A DNA stretch of 37,582 nucleotides from Patescibacteria group bacterium (lineage in GTDB: Bacteria; Patescibacteriota; Minisyncoccia; UBA6257; 02-FULL-45-10c): assembly GCA_023474975.1 (NCBI GenBank), contig JAMCXE010000037.1, forward strand, positions 1 to 37,582, given 5' to 3'. Made by a program: the position numbers and the translations under genes. The notes below the pieces were generated by a model. It was given only the letters and a program-made list of their open reading frames with translations, made no database searches and was not told where the DNA came from. Each line of letters starts with the position of its first letter. The first letter of the stretch is position 1. Below, one piece after another: positions 1 to 7,966 of this stretch.

Positions 1-3000
1 AAAATAATATGTAAGAATTTTTCAAAAATATGACGCTGATTCTGAAGCGGTATTCCTATGCCATTATCTTTAACAGAGAGAATAAACTCTCCATTTTCCG
101 CTTTGGCGACTATCTCGGTTTCACCGCCTTTATCCTTGGAATATTTAATGGAATTGCTTATCAGATTGGCGATCGTTTGATAAATTTTATCTTCGTCGAT
201 GACAAGCGTATATTTGTCCGGCAAAAAATTCTTACATATTATTTTTACCCCTCTTTGATCGGCAAAAGAAGACAAGTTCTTAACGGCACGATCAATGATC
301 GGGGTTATTTCCGCTCTTGCTAAATTCAGATCGGAATAATGCCCGGAATCTATTCTGGAAATACTAAGCAAGTCATTTATCAAAGCTATCATCCTCTCGT
401 TGCTTTGATAGATCTCTTTCATTTTTACAAGTTGGTCTTCGCTTAGATTTTTCAATTTGTTCTCAAAGAGTGATTCCATCAGCCATTTTATTCCCGTAAC
501 CGGAGTTTTGAGCTGATGCGAAGCCACGGAAACAAATTCGCTCTTTGCCCTGTCCAATTCTTTAGCCACGGTAATATCCCGAAAAGTGCTTACAAAAAAC
601 TTAATTTCGTTTTTATCATCTAAAATGGGGGCAACCTTAATTTCAGCAATATAAGAATCTCCATTTTTTCTTTTATTTGTCATTTCTCCTAAATAAGACT
701 TCTTGTTCAATTTAATGGTCTTCCAAAAATCTTCATAAAACTCCTTAGACATTTGTCTTCCCCAGATCGCAGGGGTTTTACCGATAATTTCATTCAACGC
801 ATAGCCGCTCGTTTTTTCTACGGCGGAATTAGCATATAAAATTACTCCATCGGGGTCTGTAATGATGATATTATCAGCCGCATTGTCTACGGCTAATTTA
901 AATTTATTCAAATCGATATTTTTCATCTCCAACTCTTCGTCCTTTTTAACTATTTCGGTAATATCGGAAAGTATTATTAAAGAAGCCGCGCTACCTCCGT
1001 ATGTTATATTCGATCCTCTGACCAAGACCGTTAATCTTTTTCCCGATTTATTGACAACCACAATTTCATAATCTTTAACTTTTTTTCCGGCCAATCTTCC
1101 CCTCATCTCTTCTGTGGCTAAAGATATATATTTGGGATCAATATAGTCGAAAATAAACGATCCTATTATTTTTTTATGCGGATATCCCAAAAAATTTTCG
1201 GCGGTTTGACTCAACCATAAAATCTTGCCATTTTCATCATAAACCAGGACGTATTCCGTAGGGGGTAAATTAGAGATCAAATTCCTATACCTTTCTTCGC
1301 TTTCTTTTAATTTATATTCTGCTATTTTTTCTTTAAAGATGTTCCTGAATATTCCCTGCAGGTAAGGTTTGCCGTTTATGCGGATAACCGAAGCATTTAT
1401 TGAAACGGGGACTCTTTTACCGCCCCTTACCAAAACCTCAGACGATAAATTCTCTCTCTTACCGGACAGCTGCTCCCTAAAAACCTTCATCGCCTCATCC
1501 AGCAGATCTTTCGGATGAATGTCGCCCACCCTCATAGCGCGGATCTCTTCTCGAGGCCGACCCAAAAGTTTTTCTGCGGATCTATTGCAATCAACTATGC
1601 TTTTAGTAACCGGATCGGCGATAAAAATAGCATCGGCCGATCCTTCAAATAATTCACGATAATTGCGTTCGCTTTGTTTTAATGCTGCCTGATCCCTTAA
1701 TTTTTCTTCTCTTATTCTTATAGACCTTATGCCGTAAGAAAGATCATCGGCAAGCTGCTTCAATAATTTTATTTCAGTACCTTCAAATGTATACGGCTCC
1801 GTCGCATAGATATTAATAGCGCCGATAAGGCCGTTCACGTATAACGGCAAGCTTATGCTTGAAGCGTAGCCGCGTTTAATAGCAGCCGCTCTCCACGGTT
1901 TGAATTTTGGATCATGCAAAATATCGCTGCAAACAACTGCCTTGCCGGTTCTGATCGCCGTTCCGGTTGGTCCCCTGCCATGACTATTATCAGCCCAGCT
2001 GATCTTCAAATTTTTAAGATAGCCCTTTTCAAATCCCGCCCCCGCCACCACCTCAACGCTTTTATTTTTATCGTTTCTGGCATAACCGATCCAGGCCATT
2101 TTATATCCGAAATCAACGATATTTTTACAGATATTTTCCAAAAGTTTTTTTTCATCGGTGATATAGACCAATGCCTCATTGCATTTGCCGATCACTTCGA
2201 TCGTACGAAGAGTTCTTTGTAGTTTTAATTGAATTAGTTTGATATCCGATATATCCGAAGATATTACCATTACCAAGTCCGATCCATCACTATGGATCGG
2301 AGTTAAAACTATTTTATAATAGCTCTGTTTTTTACCTATACGCACCTCCCCCTCAAGCAATTTTTCTTTTTTATTTCTAAGCACATCCTTCAAATCTCTG
2401 ATCGTAAAAGCGCTATCCTCCACTGGAATAAAATCCCAAACAGACTTACCCATCAGTCTTTCGACCGGTAAGCTAAATCTGGCAGCGCTTTTTTTATTTA
2501 AAAATACGAAATTTCCACCAGCGTCTAATATAGTGATCGATTCCGGCGATTCCTCGACCAAGGATCTATATTTCGCTTCGCTGACAGCTAATTCCGTCTC
2601 AAGTTTTCTTTTTTTTGTCACATCCCTGAAAATCAAAACAACACCGACTACTTTTCCTTGACTATTTTTTATGGGAGCGGCGCTATCTTCTATAGATAAT
2701 TTTTTACCATCCCTGCCCATCAACACCGTATGATTTCCCAACCCAACGATCTTTCCGCTTCGCATAACCTTCATTGCCGGATCAATAACTTTTTTACCGG
2801 TCTTTTCATTAAAAATATTAAAAACACGGCAAAGCGGCTGGCCGATCGCTTTCTCTTCCGGCCATTTGGTAAGATCTTGGGCTACATAATTTAAAAAGGT
2901 TATCCGTCCTTTAACATCGGTAACCATAACCGCATCGCCGATACTTTTAAGCGTTATAGAAAGTTTTTCCCGATCTTGATATAAAGCTTCTCTTGCTTTA

Positions 3001-3443
3001 TTTTGTTCGGTCACATCACTGATCATCAACAATGAACCGATGATCTTACCCCGAGAATCTTTTAAAGGCACACCATCCACAGACATAAAAGATTCTTTTC
3101 CGTATATAGATGTGAACGGAAAAACTAATTTTTTTATTTTTCTGCCTTTTAATAATTTTTTAATATTGCCTGAAATTCCGGCCATAACCACATTTGGCAT
3201 TTCCTGAATTTTCATTCCCAATGCTCTAGAAACACCTCCCTTGGGTACTCCTATTATTTTTTCTGCAAAATAAGGATTTTCGAAAACAATTACGCCATTT
3301 TTATCGATCATTAATATTCCAAGCGGAGCATTTTTAACTAAAAGACTTTCTAACTGTTCTCTTTTTATACCATCCTCAATGGCAAATAAATTTTTAATAT
3401 TCAGGGGTTTTGATTTTTTATCCATTATTTTTTTATTTAACAT
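1..3443 (-). CDS. Sensor histidine kinase with about six PAS blocks, GAF, HisKA and HATPase_c. The 3' end runs off the left window edge. Absent from the supplied ORF track.
   Basis: I reverse-complemented and translated by hand. From the ATG at 3425 (an in-frame ATG also exists at 3443) the frame stays open to position 1: MDKKSKPLNIKNLFAIEDGIKREQLESLLVKNAPLGILMIDKNG... PAS-like blocks include KFKLAVDNAADNIIITDPDGVILYAN. A GAF-like block reads MAWIGYARNDKNKSVEVVAGAGFEKGYL..GRGPTGTAIRTGK. The H-box ELDRAKSEFVSVASHQLKTPVTGIKWL is encoded at about 480-570. The N/G1 boxes IANLISNSIKYS ... VKDNGIGIPLQNQRHIFEKF lie at 1-200. The track lists no minus-strand fragments at all for 1-3440, which fits a single open-ended ORF. 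Confidence 0.85.
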   Translation of the reverse strand, partial: MLNKKIMDKKSKPLNIKNLFAIEDGIKREQLESLLVKNAPLGILMIDKNGVIVFENPYFAEKIIGVPKGGVSRALGMKIQEMPNVVMAGISGNIKKLLKGRKIKKLVFPFTSIYGKESFMSVDGVPLKDSRGKIIGSLLMISDVTEQNKAREALYQDREKLSITLKSIGDAVMVTDVKGRITFLNYVAQDLTKWPEEKAIGQPLCRVFNIFNEKTGKKVIDPAMKVMRSGKIVGLGNHTVLMGRDGKKLSIEDSAAPIKNSQGKVVGVVLIFRDVTKKRKLETELAVSEAKYRSLVEESPESITILDAGGNFVFLNKKSAARFSLPVERLMGKSVWDFIPVEDSAFTIRDLKDVLRNKKEKLLEGEVRIGKKQSYYKIVLTPIHSDGSDLVMVISSDISDIKLIQLKLQRTLRTIEVIGKCNEALVYITDEKKLLENICKNIVDFGYKMAWIGYARNDKNKSVEVVAGAGFEKGYLKNLKISWADNSHGRGPTGTAIRTGKAVVCSDILHDPKFKPWRAAAIKRGYASSISLPLYVNGLIGAINIYATEPYTFEGTEIKLLKQLADDLSYGIRSIRIREEKLRDQAALKQSERNYRELFEGSADAIFIADPVTKSIVDCNRSAEKLLGRPREEIRAMRVGDIHPKDLLDEAMKVFREQLSGKRENLSSEVLVRGGKRVPVSINASVIRINGKPYLQGIFRNIFKEKIAEYKLKESEERYRNLISNLPPTEYVLVYDENGKILWLSQTAENFLGYPHKKIIGSFIFDYIDPKYISLATEEMRGRLAGKKVKDYEIVVVNKSGKRLTVLVRGSNITYGGSAASLIILSDITEIVKKDEELEMKNIDLNKFKLAVDNAADNIIITDPDGVILYANSAVEKTSGYALNEIIGKTPAIWGRQMSKEFYEDFWKTIKLNKKSYLGEMTNKRKNGDSYIAEIKVAPILDDKNEIKFFVSTFRDITVAKELDRAKSEFVSVASHQLKTPVTGIKWLMESLFENKLKNLSEDQLVKMKEIYQSNERMIALINDLLSISRIDSGHYSDLNLARAEITPIIDRAVKNLSSFADQRGVKIICKNFLPDKYTLVIDEDKIYQTIANLISNSIKYSKDKGGETEIVAKAENGEFILSVKDNGIGIPLQNQRHIFEKFLHII

Positions 3444-3448
3444 ATTAA

Positions 3449-6115
3449 TTACATGGCATTATTTTGCGGTTCGGTTTCTGCAGATTTTTTTATCGGCTCA
3501 TATTTTTCTTTTAAAGTGAAATGAAAGGTCGTCCCCTTGTTCTCTTCGGACTCGAACCAAACTCTGCCGCCGTGAGCATTGATATATTCCTTAACGATAG
3601 GCAATCCCAAACCCGTACCCTCAGTCTGCGACAATATTGCGTTATCCGCCCTGAAAAATCTTTCAAATATCCTGTGTTGGGCGCTCATCGGAATGCCAAT
3701 GCCGTCATCCTTCACCGAAAAGACGAATTCTCCGTTCTTTGACTCCGCGGTCACCAACACGACTCCGCCCTCAGGCTTTGAATATTTTATCGCGTTGCTG
3801 ATCAGATTATTTATAGACTGAATGATCTTTTCTTTATCCAGCATTATTTTATATCCGGCGGGCAGATCTATTTTAAGCTGAAGGTCTACCTTCTTTATCT
3901 TAGCTAACGGCTCAAGCGCTTTTAGCGTTGTTTTGATAAAATCAACAACGTCCACTTCCGACAAGGTAACACCCGAAGTTTTACCGCTTTCGATCCTAGA
4001 CAGAGTAAGAAGATCATTTATTATAGCCAGTGTTCTTTCGTTGCCGTCATAAACCTCACTAAGCATATCCAGCTGTTTCTTAGTCAAATTATTATCTTTG
4101 TTCCTTAGAAGGATCTCGACAAGCCACTTAACAGCGGTCAAAGGAGTCCTTAACTGATGGGACGTGACGGAAACGAATTCGCTTTTAGCCCTGTCCACTT
4201 CTTTTATCCTGGTAATATCCCTTTCCACGCCGACAAAAAAGACGACGTTGCCATTATGATCGAGTATCGGCCCAACTTTTATTTCGGCGATATATGTTTC
4301 GCCATTTTTACGTTTATTGTTTATATCTCCTATAAATGCCTTCTTATCGTCCTTTATGACCTTCCAAAAATTGACATAAAATTCCTTAGGCATCTGATTT
4401 CCCCATAAAGAAGGTCTGTTGCCGATTATTTCTTCTTGGCTATATCCCGTTATCATACTAGCCGCTTTATTGGCATACAAAACAACCCCATCCGGATCAG
4501 TGATAATAATATTATCGGACACGTTGTCGACGGCGAGCTTGAATTTGTTCAGATCTTGCACTGTTGATTCGACTTTCTTTTTCTCTTTTTCTATATCACC
4601 CAAAACGTTCATAAGAGCGACCTGGGATCTTTCCAAAGAAAAATTGGTCTCCTTAATATATTCTTCATATTTTTTCTTTTCAGAAATATTCCGGATAGTT
4701 AATAAAATAAAGGTAGTAGTAGTAGTAGTAGTAATTCGCGACATACTTATGGCCGTCCAAAATTCAGCCCCATCCATCTTCTTACACAAAAATTCAAACT
4801 CTTCCTCGCCTTTTTCTATAGCTAAACGAATGTGCTCCATAATTTTTTCGACTGAAAGCGATCCGTCGGGCTGACGTTCAGAACAATAATCAAACGGCGG
4901 GCGCGACATAAAATCTTTTTCGGAAGCATAACCAAACATTTTAACGATCGCCGAATTTACCGATATGAATTTGCCATCAAGAGACAGGATGGCCATTGCT
5001 TCTTTGGACTTATTAAAAAGCGAACTGTAATGCTCTTCGCTGTCTTTTAATTTTACCGTCATACTATCGGCTAATTCACGGGCGCGCGTATACGAATTTG
5101 CCAAAAAATACAAAATTAAAAATACCAAAAAACTTATAACGCTACCGATCGCCAAAATAAAAAGCGGCTCATATTCCTGCGAAGAAGAAATGAATCCATC
5201 GGGTTTACCGACAACCAACGAAAAATCATGTCCGCCCAAAACCAGCGGCAAAACAACGGTAAGCGAAGGATCGATAGAATAATTACGGCTCTGATCATTA
5301 AAATCATATAGCAAGGTACTGCTGGCTACGATCTTTCCATCATATATCTCAGCATCAATATCGGATGAACTTAGATCGGAAATGCTCTTGCGGAAGCTCT
5401 CAAAGAAACCATCTTTCAAAAAGATCATTCCAACAAAGCCATAAATATCAGAACGTTTTTCAAGCGGAGTGGAGGAAGCAACAATGTTTTTGTTATAAAC
5501 CGGCGCATAACCGACGAAACCGGGGACCTTGGGGTTAACAATTAGCAGCTCATCAGATAAAGAAAATTCCCCGGACTTTATGGCGTTGTTTATGACCGCA
5601 GCGCGGATAGGCTCGCTTAATACATCCAAACCAAACGCAGCGCTGCCTATAGTAGCGGGCTCATAGTAAACAATGGGCGCAATATGATCATTCTGCGTTT
5701 GCGGGAAAATTTTTAAATTTGTTCTGCCGAGATAGTTTTGAGAGTCGATCTCTTTCTCCAGATCCGCTTTTTGGCCCTGCTTCACATACCTGATAAAATT
5801 TATAGCATAAAGACCCGGCACATTTTTCTGAATTCCGCTATAAGCATAAAAAATGGAAAATTCTTTGGCGCTTACGTAATTACTCGAGTAGAACAAAGCG
5901 GCAAGCGCACTTACCTCTTCCGATTCCAATGTTTTAAAATTATCGGCAATGGCTTGTTGCACTAGCGCCGCCCTATTTTTTAGATCAGATTTACCAGCGG
6001 CTACCAAGCGATCGCTGACCACCCAGCTAATAACCGAAACGCCGATCATTAAAACAGCCAAAACTACCCAGGCTAATTTTTTCCTACCCGCTACATCTCC
6101 CTTTTGGTCGTCCAT
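3449..6115 (-). CDS. Membrane-anchored sensor histidine kinase: N-terminal TM, extracytoplasmic CHASE-like domain, second TM, two PAS, HisKA, HATPase_c.
   Basis: 888-aa ORF. TM segments are LAWVVLAVLMIGVSVISWVV and LFILAIGSVISFLVFLILYFL. The H-box is DRAKSEFVSVTSHQLRTPLTAVKWL. ATP-binding boxes are NLISNAIKYS, KDDGIGIP and GTGLGLPIVK. The CHASE assignment rests on architecture only. Confidence 0.9.
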   Translation of the reverse strand: MDDQKGDVAGRKKLAWVVLAVLMIGVSVISWVVSDRLVAAGKSDLKNRAALVQQAIADNFKTLESEEVSALAALFYSSNYVSAKEFSIFYAYSGIQKNVPGLYAINFIRYVKQGQKADLEKEIDSQNYLGRTNLKIFPQTQNDHIAPIVYYEPATIGSAAFGLDVLSEPIRAAVINNAIKSGEFSLSDELLIVNPKVPGFVGYAPVYNKNIVASSTPLEKRSDIYGFVGMIFLKDGFFESFRKSISDLSSSDIDAEIYDGKIVASSTLLYDFNDQSRNYSIDPSLTVVLPLVLGGHDFSLVVGKPDGFISSSQEYEPLFILAIGSVISFLVFLILYFLANSYTRARELADSMTVKLKDSEEHYSSLFNKSKEAMAILSLDGKFISVNSAIVKMFGYASEKDFMSRPPFDYCSERQPDGSLSVEKIMEHIRLAIEKGEEEFEFLCKKMDGAEFWTAISMSRITTTTTTTFILLTIRNISEKKKYEEYIKETNFSLERSQVALMNVLGDIEKEKKKVESTVQDLNKFKLAVDNVSDNIIITDPDGVVLYANKAASMITGYSQEEIIGNRPSLWGNQMPKEFYVNFWKVIKDDKKAFIGDINNKRKNGETYIAEIKVGPILDHNGNVVFFVGVERDITRIKEVDRAKSEFVSVTSHQLRTPLTAVKWLVEILLRNKDNNLTKKQLDMLSEVYDGNERTLAIINDLLTLSRIESGKTSGVTLSEVDVVDFIKTTLKALEPLAKIKKVDLQLKIDLPAGYKIMLDKEKIIQSINNLISNAIKYSKPEGGVVLVTAESKNGEFVFSVKDDGIGIPMSAQHRIFERFFRADNAILSQTEGTGLGLPIVKEYINAHGGRVWFESEENKGTTFHFTLKEKYEPIKKSAETEPQNNAM
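4713..4733. repeat. Perfect trinucleotide microsatellite, (GTA)7 on the plus strand, read as (ACT)6ACC on the coding strand. It encodes a Thr7 run inside the kinase.
   Basis: The sequence aggtagtagtagtagtagtagtaatt is read directly. The protein shows SRITTTTTTTFILLTIRNISEKKK. Confidence 0.95.
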
Positions 6116-6133
6116 AGATTAATTATAGCAAAA

Positions 6134-7444
6134 TTAAACAGACACTATAATTCCACCGCCGAGCATTTCCGGTCTATTATTTTTTTTAGCCGGAAGATAT
6201 ATAACCGCGGACTGGCCTATCGCCACAAATCTTTGCGGATCATCGAATACCAACTGATATTCATTTTTTTTATGCTTATTTAAAAATAACTTGGCTTTAA
6301 AAAGAGGCTGACGATATCTTACGCGCGCAAGAACAGAAAGACCGGCCGCCAGATCCTTATTTTTTATTTCCGGATCTATTATGTTGACATCCGCAAGCTT
6401 AATTTCTTTTTTGAACAGTGCGGGATTGTTTTCTCCTTGAGCCACTATAATGATATTTGTTTTTAAAATTTTGTCTGCCACATAATATGGCTCGCTGTCG
6501 GGAGTTTTTGCCGCTTTGTCCAAATGCAAGCCATGCCGCTGACCTATGGTGTAATAAAAAACGCCTTCGTGCCTTCCCAAAACATTTCCATCCATATCGA
6601 CGATATTCCCCTTTTTGGGTTTTATATATTTTTTTAAAAAATCTTCCAGCCCCACTTTTCCCAAAAAACAGATTCCCTGCGAATCTTTTTTGGCGGCATT
6701 TAGTAATCCAAATTTTTGAGCCAACTTTCTAACCTCTGGCTTTTCCAGATCCCCAAGCGGAAAAAGACAATGTTTTAACTGCGCCTGAGTTAATGTCCAG
6801 AGAAAATAAGATTGATCCTTGTTTTTGTCTTTTGCAACTAATAAAGAAAAAGATGGTGCGAGTTTTTCGGTATGTTTCGTGCGGCAATTTCGGAGCCCCG
6901 AAATGCTCGGTTTTCGCGAAGCGAAAATTTCGGGGCGAGACTTAGGAGCCGTTTGCCGCTGGAGCAAACGGACTCCGGTGCCGTCAGAAATATACCGAGA
7001 AACGAGCCCAACATAATGGCCCGTCGCCACATAGTCCGTACCCATCTCCAAAGCTTTTTCTAAAAATAAACCGAATTTTATTTCCTGATTACACATCACG
7101 TCGGGATTGGGAGTAATTCCCTTTTTGTAGCCGTCTATCATATATTGCATTACGCGCTTTTTATATTCTTTTTCAAAATCAAAAACATAAAAAGGAATAC
7201 CCAAAACCTCCGCTGCTCTCCGGGCATCTTCCAGGTCCCTATCTGCGCAACCATCCAAATTAAAACATTTTAAATGAACACCCACGACCTCATAGCCCCT
7301 AAACCCCTTCGGGGTCGGGCGACCAAATAATTTTTTAAAATTATTTGGTTTAGCCTGTTTCAATAGACCGGCGGCAACGGAAGAATCTACGCCTCCGGAC
7401 ATACCGACAAAAACTTTCTTTTTCATAAAAGTAAAATACAACAA
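6134..7444 (-). CDS. mnmA: tRNA 2-thiouridine(34) synthase MnmA, carrying two in-frame insertions. The probable true start is MKKKVFVGMSGGVDSS at 7426.
   Basis: PP-loop motif VGMSGGVDSSV, plus TPNPDVMCNQEIKF, ATGHY, KDQSYFLW and GQRHGL. At 436 aa it is longer than typical MnmA (about 360 aa). Confidence 0.9.
   Translation of the reverse strand: MLYFTFMKKKVFVGMSGGVDSSVAAGLLKQAKPNNFKKLFGRPTPKGFRGYEVVGVHLKCFNLDGCADRDLEDARRAAEVLGIPFYVFDFEKEYKKRVMQYMIDGYKKGITPNPDVMCNQEIKFGLFLEKALEMGTDYVATGHYVGLVSRYISDGTGVRLLQRQTAPKSRPEIFASRKPSISGLRNCRTKHTEKLAPSFSLLVAKDKNKDQSYFLWTLTQAQLKHCLFPLGDLEKPEVRKLAQKFGLLNAAKKDSQGICFLGKVGLEDFLKKYIKPKKGNIVDMDGNVLGRHEGVFYYTIGQRHGLHLDKAAKTPDSEPYYVADKILKTNIIIVAQGENNPALFKKEIKLADVNIIDPEIKNKDLAAGLSVLARVRYRQPLFKAKLFLNKHKKNEYQLVFDDPQRFVAIGQSAVIYLPAKKNNRPEMLGGGIIVSV
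6867..6998. mobile_element. 132-nt GC-rich palindromic insertion with imperfect 20-nt terminal inverted repeats, translated in frame within mnmA. It is a candidate miniature inverted-repeat (MITE) or RPE-like element.
   Basis: The left TIR tcggtatgtttcgtgcggca (6867-6886) matches the reverse complement of the right TIR tgccgtcagaaatataccga (6979-6998) at 16/20 positions. Internal hairpins are gccccgaaa..tttcggggc, ttttcgc-gaa-gcgaaaa and ggagccgtttgc-cgctgga-gcaaacggactcc. The length is exactly 44 codons, and the segment is open in several frames on both strands. Confidence 0.45.
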
Positions 7445-7467
7445 ATAATTAAAATTAACAAATAAAA

Positions 7468-7499
7468 AGCCCTCCTTTACAAAAGAGGGCTGTTTTTTT
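7468..7499 (-). terminator. Intrinsic terminator after the Cys-rich ORF. T-runs on both sides make it potentially bidirectional.
   Basis: agccctc-ctttacaaaa-gagggct, flanked by aaaaa on the left and gttttttt on the right. Confidence 0.7.
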
Positions 7500-7833
7500 A
7501 ACCATTAGGAAATAGTTCGAGGCCTATATGCTTTAAATATACTTCTTTATTTCTGCTGATAAGCAATTCCAAACCTAAATATTTCAGGTTTAAAATAACT
7601 TTTTCCATTTCTTTCTCGATAGCATCGAGCATCACAGATATCTTAGCAGAATCCTTACGGCACCGATCCTTTAAGATACATTCATCGCAGCTAACGCCGG
7701 CCAAACGCAGCTCGCATCCTTCGACGTTATCGCATTGCTTTATAAGCAAAAGATCGTATTTTGCCTTAAGCATCCTAAGCTCTTCCTTTCTTGTTAAAAT
7801 AATATCTTCAAGCCTGCCAAATCTCAGGTGCAT
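7498..7833 (-). CDS. Small Cys-rich coiled-coil protein of unknown function.
   Basis: ORF 7498..7851. I prefer the start at MHLRFG (7833) because GGAGG lies 5 nt upstream (cttggaggaaaatATG). The Cys cluster is CDNVEGCELRLAGVSCDECILKDRC. I recognise no family. Confidence 0.5.
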   Translation of the reverse strand: MHLRFGRLEDIILTRKEELRMLKAKYDLLLIKQCDNVEGCELRLAGVSCDECILKDRCRKDSAKISVMLDAIEKEMEKVILNLKYLGLELLISRNKEVYLKHIGLELFPNG

Positions 7834-7966
7834 ATTTTCCTCCAAGATCAATTTTTTAATGAACCGATTTTTAGTAAAGCAGAAACAGACCCATAAATCA
7901 ATCCCGCCTTGAAAAAATATTTTTTTTGGAATAAAATCAAAAGACTATAAACTAATAAATAAAAAA

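Noticed and set aside
30-2222. Plus-strand ORFs 30..323, 862..1071 and 1914..2222. Similar plus-strand ORFs lie at 3521-5965 inside the second kinase.
   Set aside because: They lie antisense to long minus-strand kinase reading frames with clear PAS, GAF, HisKA and HATPase motifs. Their translations are low-complexity with no motifs, so they are typical shadow ORFs.
6819-7063. Three overlapping ORFs on both strands (6819..7016 +, 6838..7032 -, 6872..7063 +) inside mnmA.
   Set aside because: They exist only because the GC-rich palindromic insert lacks stop codons in several frames. The mnmA frame is continuous through the region and conserved on both sides.
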